A DNA stretch of 41,531 nucleotides from an uncultured Desulfobacteraceae bacterium (GTDB lineage: Bacteria; Desulfobacterota; DSM-4660; Desulfatiglandales; HGW-15), in contig CAZAGT010000005.1 in assembly GCA_964484515.1 (NCBI GenBank), forward strand, positions 1 to 41,531, given 5' to 3'. Below the pieces are notes generated by a model that saw only the letters and a list, made by a program, of their open reading frames with translations, made no database searches and was not told the DNA's origin. This document shows positions 1-9,828 of this stretch, piece by piece (position 1 is the first letter of the stretch; each line of letters starts with the position of its first letter). The position numbers and the translations under genes were made by a program.

Positions 1-1183
1 CCTCCCTGCGGACGCTGGCCCATCCGGTCTCAGCCATCTGTTTCTGCGCCTCATAGGATGTGATGTATCTGAGCAACCAGTAGGCGGCTTCCGGGTTCTT
101 GCTGTCCTTGCTGGGGGCGAAATGGAAGGCCCCGGTGTAGGGTCGAACGCCCGGGACGGTCTTGCAGGCGGCCACGGCTCCCGGGATGTCCTTTCCGACG
201 TCGGTGGACCAGGGCCAGAGCGGCGAATACATAATGGGGACGATGATCGTCTTCCCTCCGACGAAAAAGGCGGTGGCCTGATCCCAGAACGCGTTCTCGC
301 TTCCCGGAGGAGCAAAACGCATCAGCTTCTGATAGTAGTCAAAGGCCCACTCCAGCGACTCCTTGTCCTGATCGGTGATCTTAAACCCTTTCAGCTTGCC
401 GCTTCCATCCCGGACGGGCGAGGCCCAATGGGTTCCCTTGCTCCAGATCATGGTCCCGATCTCATCTTGAACATGCGGGTAACGGCCCGCCATCAAGGAG
501 ACCCCGTAGACATCGTCCTTGAGAGTTTCACCCTTCAGTTGCTCCCCCTGCTTGCGAGTGAAGAATTCGGCCTGGTCGGCCAGCTGTTTCCAGGTATCGG
601 GGGGTGTCAGGGCGTAGCCATACTTCTTCTTGAAGTTCGCTTTTTCTACTGGACTGTCGTAGACGTCTTGGCGGTAGATCGTCATCATGGTGTAGTTGTA
701 GTAGGGGAGTCCGAGCAGTTTACCGCCGGCCGTGGAGCACATCCGCAAGAGGCCCGGATCATGACCCTTGATATCGTCCCTCAGCCCTGCCACGCCGCGG
801 GGGTCATACTTTCGGGCCATGTCCTCAACCGGGTACAGGTAGTCTTCCCATTCGTTGGTCCAGGATGTCTCCGTCACGACGAGGTCATAGGCTCCGGTCC
901 TACCCTGCAACTCCACGATCTCCTTCGAATACAGGGAAGCGAAAACGTGGGACTCCTTGGTGACCTTGATCCCGGTTTTCTGCGCAAACTTCTCGAGGAA
1001 GGGGTAGATGAGATCCGAGCCACCGCCCGCCTCCAGGGCGACATGGATGGGCCGCTTGTTCTTGATCTCCGGTACGTCATCGAGGCCGAACTTCTCTGCT
1101 GCCGTGGCGCTGAAAGCAAGCCCGGCGACAAAGGCAATCACCAGCATCAACGAGAAACCTTTACTCACGGTCTTCGTCTTCAT
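1..1183 (-). CDS. ABC transporter extracellular solute-binding protein (family 1, sugar/polyol type); C-terminus runs off the left edge
   Basis: Absent from the ORF track because it has no stop in the window. Reverse-strand ATG at 1183-1181, preceded by AAAAGGAGGG (rc of 1191-1200). The N-terminus MKTKTVSKGFSLMLVIAFVAGLAFSATAAEKFGL is a Sec signal peptide. I translated the frame by hand down to nt 2 and it stays open (...FAPSKDSKNPEAAYWLLRYITSYEAQKQMAETGWASVRRE, typical of the SBP C-terminal region). The 354-aa + ORF 122..1186 is its antisense shadow. Confidence 0.8.
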   Translation of the reverse strand, partial: MKTKTVSKGFSLMLVIAFVAGLAFSATAAEKFGLDDVPEIKNKRPIHVALEAGGGSDLIYPFLEKFAQKTGIKVTKESHVFASLYSKEIVELQGRTGAYDLVVTETSWTNEWEDYLYPVEDMARKYDPRGVAGLRDDIKGHDPGLLRMCSTAGGKLLGLPYYNYTMMTIYRQDVYDSPVEKANFKKKYGYALTPPDTWKQLADQAEFFTRKQGEQLKGETLKDDVYGVSLMAGRYPHVQDEIGTMIWSKGTHWASPVRDGSGKLKGFKITDQDKESLEWAFDYYQKLMRFAPPGSENAFWDQATAFFVGGKTIIVPIMYSPLWPWSTDVGKDIPGAVAACKTVPGVRPYTGAFHFAPSKDSKNPEAAYWLLRYITSYEAQKQMAETGWASVRRE

Positions 1184-1380
1184 TAAGAATCCCTCCTTTT
1201 TCCTGGGTTTCGGAAGATTGTGATTCTGCGCCGTTAACGGTAGAGTTTGAAAATACCCTGATTGGCTTCCATGATTGACTAGGTGACTTGATGAAGAGTG
1301 GCCGTGAAATCTCTCCATCCGTAATCGGATCAACTTCCCCTGATGGCGAAAAGAACATCGTATGCCTGACAGCTCACGGG

Positions 1381-2106
1381 CTACTCATAGCGGTGGACGA
1401 TCTTGCCCAGCGGTAGGTCACAATCACCAATGCCGTAAAAACCGCCGATGATGCGCTGGGGCTCAAGGATGTACGTCGGATCGATTTCCGAACGCTCGTA
1501 AACCACGGATCCCCGTCCCTTGAAGAATTTCCCCTCTTGGATCCTCAAGTTAATCGGTGTGAGGACCAACTGCCTGAGTGGCGGCTCCCCTTCTTCGGCA
1601 GGCGGGATGTATTTAAGGGAGAAGAGGCCGCCCGTGCTCCAGCCCATTTCTTCCAGTTCGGCCGGAAATTCAGGCACCACCAGCGCCTTGATAATCTGGT
1701 GGTTCAGGCGATTTACCTGCCCCCGCACGGCCTCGTATTCGTCGTGGAGCGAAATCTCGGCCATCTTTTTCTGGTAGCCCCAGATCTCCCGACCGCCGGT
1801 CAATGGAAGATGGGAAGCGACATAAAGAAAGGGTTCATAGTCGCCCTCGACACCGTCGAACTTGACCTGAACGTATAGGGCCGCTTCTCCGAAGACCCCT
1901 TGGGTCGTACCCAGCCTAAACTCGGAAACCCAGGTAATCACTCGGTTTGTGCGGGGCTCAAGCGGCTCGGGGATGACGCGCCTTACGTTTTCGATGTCGG
2001 TCTCATAGACGACACATTGAAACCGGACATCTCTCCATGCCAACGGAGGCTTTCCGTAGAGGTGTGAGACAACTGGGTTTGTGTATGGAAAATCTTCTAC
2101 TTTCAC
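1381..2106 (-). CDS. acetoacetate decarboxylase (ADC) family protein
   Basis: The 248-aa ORF has the GREIWGYQKK motif (catalytic-Lys region of the ADC family) and ADC-like length. The track start is TTG at 2127. GTG at 2106 sits 8 nt after AAGGAGG and is the more likely start. Confidence 0.75.
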   Translation of the reverse strand: MKVEDFPYTNPVVSHLYGKPPLAWRDVRFQCVVYETDIENVRRVIPEPLEPRTNRVITWVSEFRLGTTQGVFGEAALYVQVKFDGVEGDYEPFLYVASHLPLTGGREIWGYQKKMAEISLHDEYEAVRGQVNRLNHQIIKALVVPEFPAELEEMGWSTGGLFSLKYIPPAEEGEPPLRQLVLTPINLRIQEGKFFKGRGSVVYERSEIDPTYILEPQRIIGGFYGIGDCDLPLGKIVHRYE

Positions 2107-2475
2107 AATCACTCCCTCCTTTCTCAATAAGTTTGGGTTGAGACATTACCCGAATCATGCGGTGAATCAAAACCGTACGGGAGATAGGCGCGGAACGGGT
2201 GAGTCGGCTCTTCTCTGCCCTGCGTGGGCTGAGATCGGCCGTTGGGGCCCTTCACGCGGCTTTTCGAGCAGATCAAACATCACGACCACGTGTCTGCTAC
2301 CAAGCAGCGGGACTTTTTGGAACCAAAGCTTTACGTAGCGTACTTAATCAAGCCGAAATGTAAAGTCAAGATATCTGCCGAGGGCCTTATCTATTAAAAA
2401 ATGCTTGGTTTTGCTGCTAAATCACTGCTTGCCAAAACACGCGCCATTTTGCAAAACGGATTGCCCAGAGCGAAG

Positions 2476-3261
2476 TCACTTAGGCGTGGTCACCTTGGCT
2501 ACCTCGTACTTTATGTCGTATTTCCGAAACACCTTTATGAATTTGGGTGATATGCCTGAGTCAGTCACAATAGCGCTCACGTCTTTAAGGGGCATCATAT
2601 TCGTCAAAACGATCCGGCCGAATTTTGAGTGATCCGCTACCACGATGACCTCTTTCACAAGCTTGACCATCTCTTTGACATAGGTGGAGCTGAGGAACTG
2701 ATAGTTGGTGAGGCCCTTCTCTTCGGTAATTCCCCCGGCTCCGATGATGATCTTGGAAGGGTTGAATTCATGAAGGGTCTTGGGAACGGTTGGACCTTCT
2801 ATCGTCCTGTTTGAGAAGTCAACAATCCCACCCAAAACGATCACGGTCACATTCGGTTTGTTTGCCAGCTCGAATAGGATATCGATTCCATTTGTGAGCA
2901 GCGTGATGTGTTTGTTTTCGTCGATATGGCGCGCGACCTGAATGCACGTGGTTCCGTAGGAGAGCACCAAGATGTCACCATCTTGGATGAACTGCTGAGC
3001 CGCAATGCCGATGGCTTCTTTCTCACGCCTGAAAAGCATGCCGCGGTGCTCGTATGAAAAATTGCCTCTCTGTTCCGGCCGCCCGACACAGGAGACGCCT
3101 CCTCGCAATTTCTGTAGGACTCCCTTCGTGGAAAGGTGATTGATGTCTCTTCTCAGAGTGGTAAGGGAGCTTCCCGTAAGACGCAGCAGCTCGTTGATCG
3201 AAATCGGCCCCGATTTCCGGCAGGCATCTAAAATGATTTCGTATCTCTCAAAGGGCAGCAT
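2476..3261 (-). CDS. DeoR/GlpR family transcriptional repressor
   Basis: N-terminal winged HTH (ISINELLRLTGSSLTTLRRDINHLSTKGVLQKLRGG) plus a C-terminal DeoR sugar-phosphate-binding domain. Divergent from the catabolic operon. Confidence 0.9.
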   Translation of the reverse strand: MLPFERYEIILDACRKSGPISINELLRLTGSSLTTLRRDINHLSTKGVLQKLRGGVSCVGRPEQRGNFSYEHRGMLFRREKEAIGIAAQQFIQDGDILVLSYGTTCIQVARHIDENKHITLLTNGIDILFELANKPNVTVIVLGGIVDFSNRTIEGPTVPKTLHEFNPSKIIIGAGGITEEKGLTNYQFLSSTYVKEMVKLVKEVIVVADHSKFGRIVLTNMMPLKDVSAIVTDSGISPKFIKVFRKYDIKYEVAKVTTPK

Positions 3262-3907
3262 CGTCGGTCATTGGCGCATTGGAGTTATTAAGAAAGGGCA
3301 ACAATGCCGGGTTCAACAGCACTTCACAAAAAACCATCCAGAGCTACCAAACAACCAATTTATGATCAAAATAGAGTATTACGGAGCATCTAGCAAGTCT
3401 TTTTATGCCTTTAACTGCATTTTGGCGATAAAAATATAAAAGCAAGGTGATTTCAGACGCTTATCTCAGACTTTTTTTCTTGACTTCAAGCTGCAATGGG
3501 GTTAATGAAACCATAAAACTCCAAAAAAAACCAAAAAAATCTTTTTACGTTCAAAATGCCCCTTTGTTGCAAACTTCTCTACAGAGACGCAGTTGACCAC
3601 ATCCTGTCTGCCGGCCTTTAAGGCGGCGCTCGAACGGGAGAGTTCGCTTGGTTTCCTGATGCACGTTTTCGTCTCGGACTCTGAGTGAAAACAGAGGTTC
3701 TCCCTCTCTACGAAAGCTATCGTGGGTCTCGTTACCTTTGGGCTACTCTTCAAAGAACGTGAAGCGTACCCTGACCCTGAAGATTCACCGCGAGGCAAAT
3801 CTGGGCGACGTTTTATAACTCCGCTCTTTGCTGAGCACGTGGTCGCATAGACTCTGATGAAATCAGAGCCGAATAACGGAATCAACGTGATTTCCAGGGA
3901 GGAAAAA

Positions 3908-4951
3908 ATGAGTGCGAAGATGACGGCCGCTGTTCTTCACGGTCCTGACGATCTGCGGCTGGAGGAGGTGGAGGTACCGAGTCCAAAGGCCGACGAAGCA
4001 CTTGTTCGCGTGAAATCGGTCGGCGTCTGTGGTTCGGACGTGCACTACTACCGTCACGGCCGAATCGGTTCTTTTATTGTTAAGGAACCGATGATACTGG
4101 GCCACGAATGCTCCGGCGAGGTCGTTGCTGTCGGCAACGCGGTCAAGAGTCTGGAGGTGGGGGCCAGGGTCGTCTTTGAGCCCGGTATTCCTTGTCAGAA
4201 GTGCTGGTACTGCCGCAATGGACGGTATACCAAATGCCCGACCATAAAGTTTATGGCTACGCCCCCGGACGATGGCGCCATGGCGGAATATGTGGCTTGG
4301 CCGGCAGATTACCTCTTTGAGATGCCCGGCGACATGTCTTTTCAAGAAGGGGCGCTGGTCGAACCCTTTGCCGTGGGGTTGTATGCGGTCAGACGCAGCG
4401 AGCTTTACCCGGCCGCCAGCGTGGTCGTCTTCGGTTCCGGCCCGATCGGATTGGCAACGCTGGAAGCGGCCAAGGCGCGCGGGGCGGGCCCCGTCATTTT
4501 GGTCGATGTGGTGCCCAATAGACTGGAGCTGGCCAGAGCAATGGGTGCGACCCACACGATTCATGCCGGCCGTGAGAACGTCGTGGAGCGGGTCATGGAA
4601 TTGACCAATGGCGAAGGCGCCCACTTTGTATTTGAAGCCGCCGGCACGGCGAAGACTTTTCAGCAAACCGTCGAGGTGGCTAGAGATGGGGGTTTCGTGG
4701 TCCTTCTCGGCTTGGCTCAGGAACTCCAGATACCCATGCCCATGGTGGAGGCGCTCATCAAGGAAGTCAACTTTGTCACAAGTTTCAGATATAACAATAT
4801 CTTCGAAGAAGCCATCACACTCATGGCCAACAAGCGCGTAAACGTGAAACCAATGATCACCCACGAATACCCCTTTGAGAAAACGCTTGAGGCCTTTGAC
4901 GTCGCTGAAAATGCCAAGGACAAGGCCATCAAGGTCATGATCAACATCTAG
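3908..4951 (+). CDS. Zn-dependent polyol dehydrogenase (sorbitol / L-iditol / L-threonine dehydrogenase-like MDR)
   Basis: GHECSGEV zinc motif, a structural-zinc Cys cluster (CQKCWYCRNGRYTKC) and a GSGPIG Rossmann motif. ATG at 3908 follows AGGGAGGAAAAA; the track start at 3857 is probably too early. Confidence 0.9.
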   Translation: MSAKMTAAVLHGPDDLRLEEVEVPSPKADEALVRVKSVGVCGSDVHYYRHGRIGSFIVKEPMILGHECSGEVVAVGNAVKSLEVGARVVFEPGIPCQKCWYCRNGRYTKCPTIKFMATPPDDGAMAEYVAWPADYLFEMPGDMSFQEGALVEPFAVGLYAVRRSELYPAASVVVFGSGPIGLATLEAAKARGAGPVILVDVVPNRLELARAMGATHTIHAGRENVVERVMELTNGEGAHFVFEAAGTAKTFQQTVEVARDGGFVVLLGLAQELQIPMPMVEALIKEVNFVTSFRYNNIFEEAITLMANKRVNVKPMITHEYPFEKTLEAFDVAENAKDKAIKVMINI

Positions 4952-5130
4952 TTTCACCCGCCTTCGCCAGGTTTACCCGGCTTGGGCGGGATGCTTCACT
5001 TCAATAGGGAAGAACTGGCTGTCTCCTTTTAAGATAGCCGTAAGGTCGTTTTACGAAGCAAGAGACTCGGTCTTTATTGACCCCCTCTGCTTCCGAAAAT
5101 AACCCACAATCTGAGAAAAGGAGGGACGTC

Positions 5131-5898
5131 ATGAGTGTGTTCGCACTGTTTGAGCTGAAAGGCGAGACCGCAGTCGTTACGGGTGGCGGCCAGGGGCTTG
5201 GCCGTGAGATTTCGATCGCGTTTGCCGAGGCAGGCGCGGACGTCGTGGTCCTGCAGCGAAATTTGGACGTCGCGGAAAAGACGGCCGAAGACATCCGGAA
5301 ATTGGGAAGAGACGCCATGGCTCTTAAGGTCGACGTGAGCAAGGAGAACGACGTCGAACAAATGGTGAAAACTGTCGTGGACAGATTTGGCAAGATCGAC
5401 ATCTTGGTGAATAATGCCGGGGTTGCGGGGTGGGTAGCTGCCGAGGAGATGTCTCTGGAGGAATGGAACAGGGTCATCGGTATCAATCTAACAGGAGTCT
5501 TTCTAGGTTGTCACCATGTTGGCAAAGAGATGATCAAGCAAAAGAAGGGAAGCATCATCAACATCTCATCGATATCAGGCTTTATCGCCAATCACCCTCA
5601 GAAACAGTGCCACTACAACTCCGCCAAGGGGGGCGTGAACACCCTGACAAAATGTCTGGCCTACGAATGGGCTGAGCACAACGTCCGGGTCAATGCCATC
5701 GCCCCGGGGTTTATCGGGACACCGATGCTGAAAGCGGCGGGTGAGGAGATGCTGAAGACGTGGGCCTCCCTGAACGTCCAAAAACGGATCGGTGACCCGG
5801 CGGAACTCAAGGGTGCCGCGCTGTTCCTGGCCTCCGAGGCGGGCAGCTATCTCACCGGCCAAGTCCTGGTCGCAGACGGGGGGTATATGATCTGGTGA
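5131..5898 (+). CDS. short-chain dehydrogenase/reductase (gluconate-5-DH / KduD-like)
   Basis: TGGGQGLG cofactor motif, NNAG, and the S...YxxxK catalytic set (YNSAK). ATG at 5131 follows AAAGGAGGG. Confidence 0.9.
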   Translation: MSVFALFELKGETAVVTGGGQGLGREISIAFAEAGADVVVLQRNLDVAEKTAEDIRKLGRDAMALKVDVSKENDVEQMVKTVVDRFGKIDILVNNAGVAGWVAAEEMSLEEWNRVIGINLTGVFLGCHHVGKEMIKQKKGSIINISSISGFIANHPQKQCHYNSAKGGVNTLTKCLAYEWAEHNVRVNAIAPGFIGTPMLKAAGEEMLKTWASLNVQKRIGDPAELKGAALFLASEAGSYLTGQVLVADGGYMIW

Positions 5899-5982
5899 CG
5901 TAGGCGTCTCAAGACAATGAGCCATGTCATAATAGCCGGTGCGATAGAACAAGAAAGAGACTTTGTTGGAGGAGGTCCATAG

Positions 5983-6366
5983 ATGAAGTACGTCGTGAAC
6001 ATTGAGGAGATGAAACCGGATGAAGACCAGCGCTCCTTGCGCTATATGGTCAAGGACAGGGCGAGCGAGATCCTCAGGGATACCTATTACCTCATCGACC
6101 CTGAAAGATCTCCTTCCGAGAATCTGACCATGGGGCATACCATCATCTATCCCACGGGGAAAACGACCGGGCATGCCCACGATGACATGGAGGAGGTCTA
6201 CTACATCCTAACCGGCGAGGGCAAAATGGTGGTTGGTGACGATGAGTTTCCCATCAAGGCCGGCGACGCGTTTTACGTGCCCTTCGGTGAGTTCCACGTG
6301 ACCTATAATACGGGTATCCAGCCGATGTCGATTCTGTGGGTCACGGGACGTTCAAAGAAGCGCTGA
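5983..6366 (+). CDS. cupin domain protein (possible sugar isomerase/epimerase)
   Basis: 127 aa with cupin motif 1 (GHAHDDMEEVYYILTGEG) and motif 2 (GDAFYVPFGEFHVTYN). Confidence 0.75.
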   Translation: MKYVVNIEEMKPDEDQRSLRYMVKDRASEILRDTYYLIDPERSPSENLTMGHTIIYPTGKTTGHAHDDMEEVYYILTGEGKMVVGDDEFPIKAGDAFYVPFGEFHVTYNTGIQPMSILWVTGRSKKR

Positions 6367-6377
6367 GGGGGTTTCTA

Positions 6378-7829
6378 ATGGAACACTATTCCATGCTCAT
6401 TGACGGCCAATGGGTCGATGCTGAGAGCGGGGAGACCATGGAGGTCGTCAATCCCGCAGACGAAGAACCCTTTGCCAAGGTACCCAGAGCTTCGGAGGCT
6501 GAAGCCACTAAAGCCCTCGAGGCGGCCCAAAAGGCTTTCCCCTCGTGGGCGGCCCTATCACCGGAGCAACGGGGCGTCCATCTCTGGCGCGCGAGTGATA
6601 TCCTGGAGGAACGGCAAGGGCAGATCGGCCGTCTCATGACGAGGGAACAGGGTAAACCGGTCAAAGAGGCGGTTGGTGAGATCGAAAAGGCGATTGAGAT
6701 GCTTCGCTATTACGCCGAGGAGGGCAAGCGGGCTTACGGGCAGATCATACCGAATGCAAACCCTCAGGACCAGAGCCTAGTAATCAAGCAACCGATCGGT
6801 GTCGTGGCCGCCTTATCGCCGTGGAATTATCCCGTGGAGCTCATCGGGTGGAAGGCGGCGGCGGCCCTCGCGGCTGGTTGTACGATCGTGGCCAAACCAC
6901 CTTCTTTGACGCCTCTCTCCCCCTTGGAGTATTTGCGGTGTCTCCATGACGCCGGGCTCCCTCATGGGGTCATTAACGCCGTCACGGGCCCGGGAGGTTC
7001 CGTGGGCCGTCAACTCGTCAGAAGCCCGATTTCAAGAAAGGTGGCCTTTACGGGCTCCTTGGGAGTCGGCTTGGATATTCAAAGGCAAGTTGAAGACACC
7101 ATTAAGAAAGTCTCGCTGGAACTGGGAGGGCAGTGTCCGCTCATCGTGAGCGCAAACTGCGATCTTGCCAATGCCGTCAAGGGGGCTACCAGGAGATCTT
7201 TTCGAAACATGGGGCAGATCTGTATCGCCATCAACCGGATCTACGTCCAGGAGAAGATCTATGAGGCATTCCTGCAGGACTTCGCACAGGAGACCGGCAA
7301 ACTGGTCGTCGGCAACAGCTTGGAGAAGGAAGATTGCGATCTGGGTCCCATGGCCGGCTCGGATGGGCTCCAAAAAGCCATGTCGCACGTGGATGATGCA
7401 CTTGCCAAAGGGGCCCGCTTGATCTGTGGCGGCAAAAGGCCCGAAGGACCCGAATTCCGCAAGGGTTATTTTCTTGAACCGACCATCCTTGCCGATACGA
7501 ATCACGATATGCTGGTCATGACGGAGGAGACCTTCGGCCCCGTCGTCGGTGTGATGGTGTATCGCGACCTTGACGAGGCGATCGGGCTGGCCAACGCTAC
7601 TCCCTATGGATTGGCGGCCTACGCCTATACGAACGATTTACATGAAATGAACAGGATCTCCAAGGAGCTCGAGGCGGGCAGTGTGGCCGTCAACAACGTG
7701 GACGCGGGGATTATGAACGCGCCTTACGGGGGATGGAAACAGAGCGGGATCGGGCATGAACACGGCCATGAAGGGCTCGAGGAGTACCTCCAGCTCAAAC
7801 ATGTACGTGTTCGTTACAGATCCCCTTGA
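6378..7829 (+). CDS. NAD(P)-dependent aldehyde dehydrogenase
   Basis: ALDH hallmarks: WNYP, KKVSLELGG (catalytic Glu), FRNMGQICIA (catalytic Cys) and EETFGPV. In-frame ATG at 6378 (MEHYSMLIDGQWV) is the likely start. Confidence 0.9.
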   Translation: MEHYSMLIDGQWVDAESGETMEVVNPADEEPFAKVPRASEAEATKALEAAQKAFPSWAALSPEQRGVHLWRASDILEERQGQIGRLMTREQGKPVKEAVGEIEKAIEMLRYYAEEGKRAYGQIIPNANPQDQSLVIKQPIGVVAALSPWNYPVELIGWKAAAALAAGCTIVAKPPSLTPLSPLEYLRCLHDAGLPHGVINAVTGPGGSVGRQLVRSPISRKVAFTGSLGVGLDIQRQVEDTIKKVSLELGGQCPLIVSANCDLANAVKGATRRSFRNMGQICIAINRIYVQEKIYEAFLQDFAQETGKLVVGNSLEKEDCDLGPMAGSDGLQKAMSHVDDALAKGARLICGGKRPEGPEFRKGYFLEPTILADTNHDMLVMTEETFGPVVGVMVYRDLDEAIGLANATPYGLAAYAYTNDLHEMNRISKELEAGSVAVNNVDAGIMNAPYGGWKQSGIGHEHGHEGLEEYLQLKHVRVRYRSP

Positions 7830-7870
7830 TCCATAGCGGTCAGCTAGACATCGTAAGCGGGAGGGCAAAG

Positions 7871-9406
7871 ATGCACCGGCAATGCGTCATGGGTATCGAC
7901 ATCGGGACCTCGGGATGTAAGACCTTGATCATAGACGACCAGGGCGAGGTCCTGACCAAGGCGGTCGCCGAATACCCCCTTTCAACCCCCAAGCCCGGTT
8001 GGTCGGAACAGGACCCCGAACACTGGTGGGAAGCGGTTAAGGATACGATTCGGCAAACCCTCACGGGTTTTGATCATGCCCGAGACATCAAGGCCATCGG
8101 TCTCAGTGGCCAGATGCACGGTCTGGTTGCGCTTGATGCCGATAGGAACGTGCTCAGGCCTTCGATATTGTGGAACGATCAGCGCACCGGTAAGCAATGC
8201 CAGGATGTCTACGACACCGTGGGAGGGATGGGGGCGCTCCTGGAATTGACCAATAATCGGATGCTGCCCGGCTATACGGGGGGAAAGATCCTATGGGTTC
8301 GTGAAAATGAGCCCCAGGTTTATGAACGAATCAGGGCCATCTTGAATCCCAAGGATTATGTCCGTTTGCGATTGACGGGCGAGTATGCCACCGAGGTTTC
8401 CGACGCATCCGGGACCGGGCTTTTTGATGTCCGCGCCAGACAGTGGTGTTATCCCCTGCTGGAGAAGCTCGAGATCCCAAAGGAATGGGTCCCTCCCTGT
8501 TACGAATCACCTGAAATCAGCGGCGCCCTATCCGCAACCGCCGCATCCGACGTGGGACTCCCATCAGGGTTAGCGGTCGCCGGAGGCGGAGGGGATTCGG
8601 TGGTTCAGACCACCGGGACGGGCTTGGTGGAGCCTGGGATCTTGGGGACGACCATCGGAACAGCGGGGATCGTCGCGATGGCGCTCGACCAGTGCTACGA
8701 TAACCCCGAAGGTAAGCTTCAGGTCTTCTGCAACAATATGCCGGACAAATGGCACACCATGGGCGTCACCCTGGCAGCAGGTGGCTCACTGCGGTGGGTC
8801 CGCGATGCGCTGTGCGGGCCGGAGCAAGAGGTCGCTAACTGGACCGGAGAAGATGTCTATCATTTCATGACCATGGAGGCGCTGAAGGCAGAGCCGGGGT
8901 CTGAAGGTCTCCTTTTCCTGCCTTACCTGATCGGCGAGCGGTGCCCTCATCCGGACCCCAGTGCGAGGGGGGCATTTGTCGGGCTCACGTTGCGACACGA
9001 CCGGCGCCACATTATAAGGAGTGTGCTCGAATGTGTCATCTTCAGCCTAAGGGATGTGGCCGAGGTGATCAAGGAGATGGGTATTCCGATCACCCAAATC
9101 CGTACCTCCGGGGGAGGTGCTCTCAGCACGCTGTGGCGACAGATCCACGCGGATGTCTTCGCCAATGAGGTGATCACCGTGAGCGGTAGTTCGGAGGGGG
9201 GCGCCTACGGGGCAGCCCTGGTGGCCGGCGCCGGTGTCGGCGTTTGGGAGAATGTCGAGGCGGCGGTGCAGGTGTTACGAGCGGAAACGACCACCACGCC
9301 CATCGAAGAGCACACAAAGATCTACGATCGGTTATTCCCTATCTACCAGAATCTCTACGCCGCCTTGAAAAAGAGCTCTGAGCGAATCTCCGAAATCTAT
9401 TCCTAA
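7871..9406 (+). CDS. xylB: xylulokinase / FGGY-family pentulose kinase
   Basis: GIDIGTSGCKT N-terminal FGGY motif, GLSGQMHG and the C-terminal GGGA region. ATG at 7871 follows GGGAGGG. Confidence 0.8.
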   Translation: MHRQCVMGIDIGTSGCKTLIIDDQGEVLTKAVAEYPLSTPKPGWSEQDPEHWWEAVKDTIRQTLTGFDHARDIKAIGLSGQMHGLVALDADRNVLRPSILWNDQRTGKQCQDVYDTVGGMGALLELTNNRMLPGYTGGKILWVRENEPQVYERIRAILNPKDYVRLRLTGEYATEVSDASGTGLFDVRARQWCYPLLEKLEIPKEWVPPCYESPEISGALSATAASDVGLPSGLAVAGGGGDSVVQTTGTGLVEPGILGTTIGTAGIVAMALDQCYDNPEGKLQVFCNNMPDKWHTMGVTLAAGGSLRWVRDALCGPEQEVANWTGEDVYHFMTMEALKAEPGSEGLLFLPYLIGERCPHPDPSARGAFVGLTLRHDRRHIIRSVLECVIFSLRDVAEVIKEMGIPITQIRTSGGGALSTLWRQIHADVFANEVITVSGSSEGGAYGAALVAGAGVGVWENVEAAVQVLRAETTTTPIEEHTKIYDRLFPIYQNLYAALKKSSERISEIYS

Positions 9407-9460
9407 CGTAGCCCCCCGACTGCAACTCCGTTCTCTTTTTGCCCCCGGTGGACAGCTGGC

Positions 9461-9490
9461 TTGACAGTGTGGGCGTTCGCCCTCTATATA
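9461..9490 (+). promoter_or_regulatory. sigma-70-type promoter candidate for the MoaD-like/AOR pair
   Basis: TTGACA (9461-9466), an 18-nt spacer, then TATATA (9485-9490). It lies inside the 5' part of track ORF 9439..9813, which argues that the real start is downstream. Confidence 0.45.
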
Positions 9491-9528
9491 TTTCGCTATC
9501 GAGGATGCAAGAAGCCTTCAAGGATCGA

Positions 9529-9813
9529 ATGGCTCTCAAGAGCGGAAATAGCGCCTTTATAAAAATACAGGTGAGCCTGCGCCTGGTCCTTTTCAAGGAC
9601 GACGTGAAAATGGACGTTCCGCTCGGGACCACGGTGAACCAGGCCGTGACCCGGTTTGTGGACCATTGTGAGGAAAAGGCTAGGGACCTTATCATCGATT
9701 CGAAGGGGAAGCTCAAGGTCCTTACCTTGGTCAATAATGAGCGTGCCGTAAATGACAAAATCTTGAAGGAAGGCGACCGGTTGAGCCTAGTGGCCCTGGT
9801 CTCCGGCGGATGA
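9529..9813 (+). CDS. MoaD/ThiS-family ubiquitin-like sulfur-carrier protein
   Basis: Ends in ...LVALVSGG, the diagnostic C-terminal Gly-Gly. About 94 aa from ATG 9529 (alternative ATG at 9505). Sits immediately upstream of AOR. Confidence 0.65.
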   Translation: MALKSGNSAFIKIQVSLRLVLFKDDVKMDVPLGTTVNQAVTRFVDHCEEKARDLIIDSKGKLKVLTLVNNERAVNDKILKEGDRLSLVALVSGG

Positions 9814-9828
9814 AGGGAGGCGAAGAGC

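Noticed and set aside
122-1186. 354-aa forward ORF, the longest ORF at the left edge
   Set aside because: G/R/P/L-rich with no SD or recognisable motif. The opposite strand encodes a convincing signal-peptide-bearing solute-binding protein in an open frame, so this is an antisense shadow.
3863-4957. 364-aa reverse ORF exactly mirroring the Zn-ADH gene
   Set aside because: Antisense shadow. The forward frame carries the full MDR zinc and Rossmann motifs, while the reverse product is R/H/G-rich and has no motifs.
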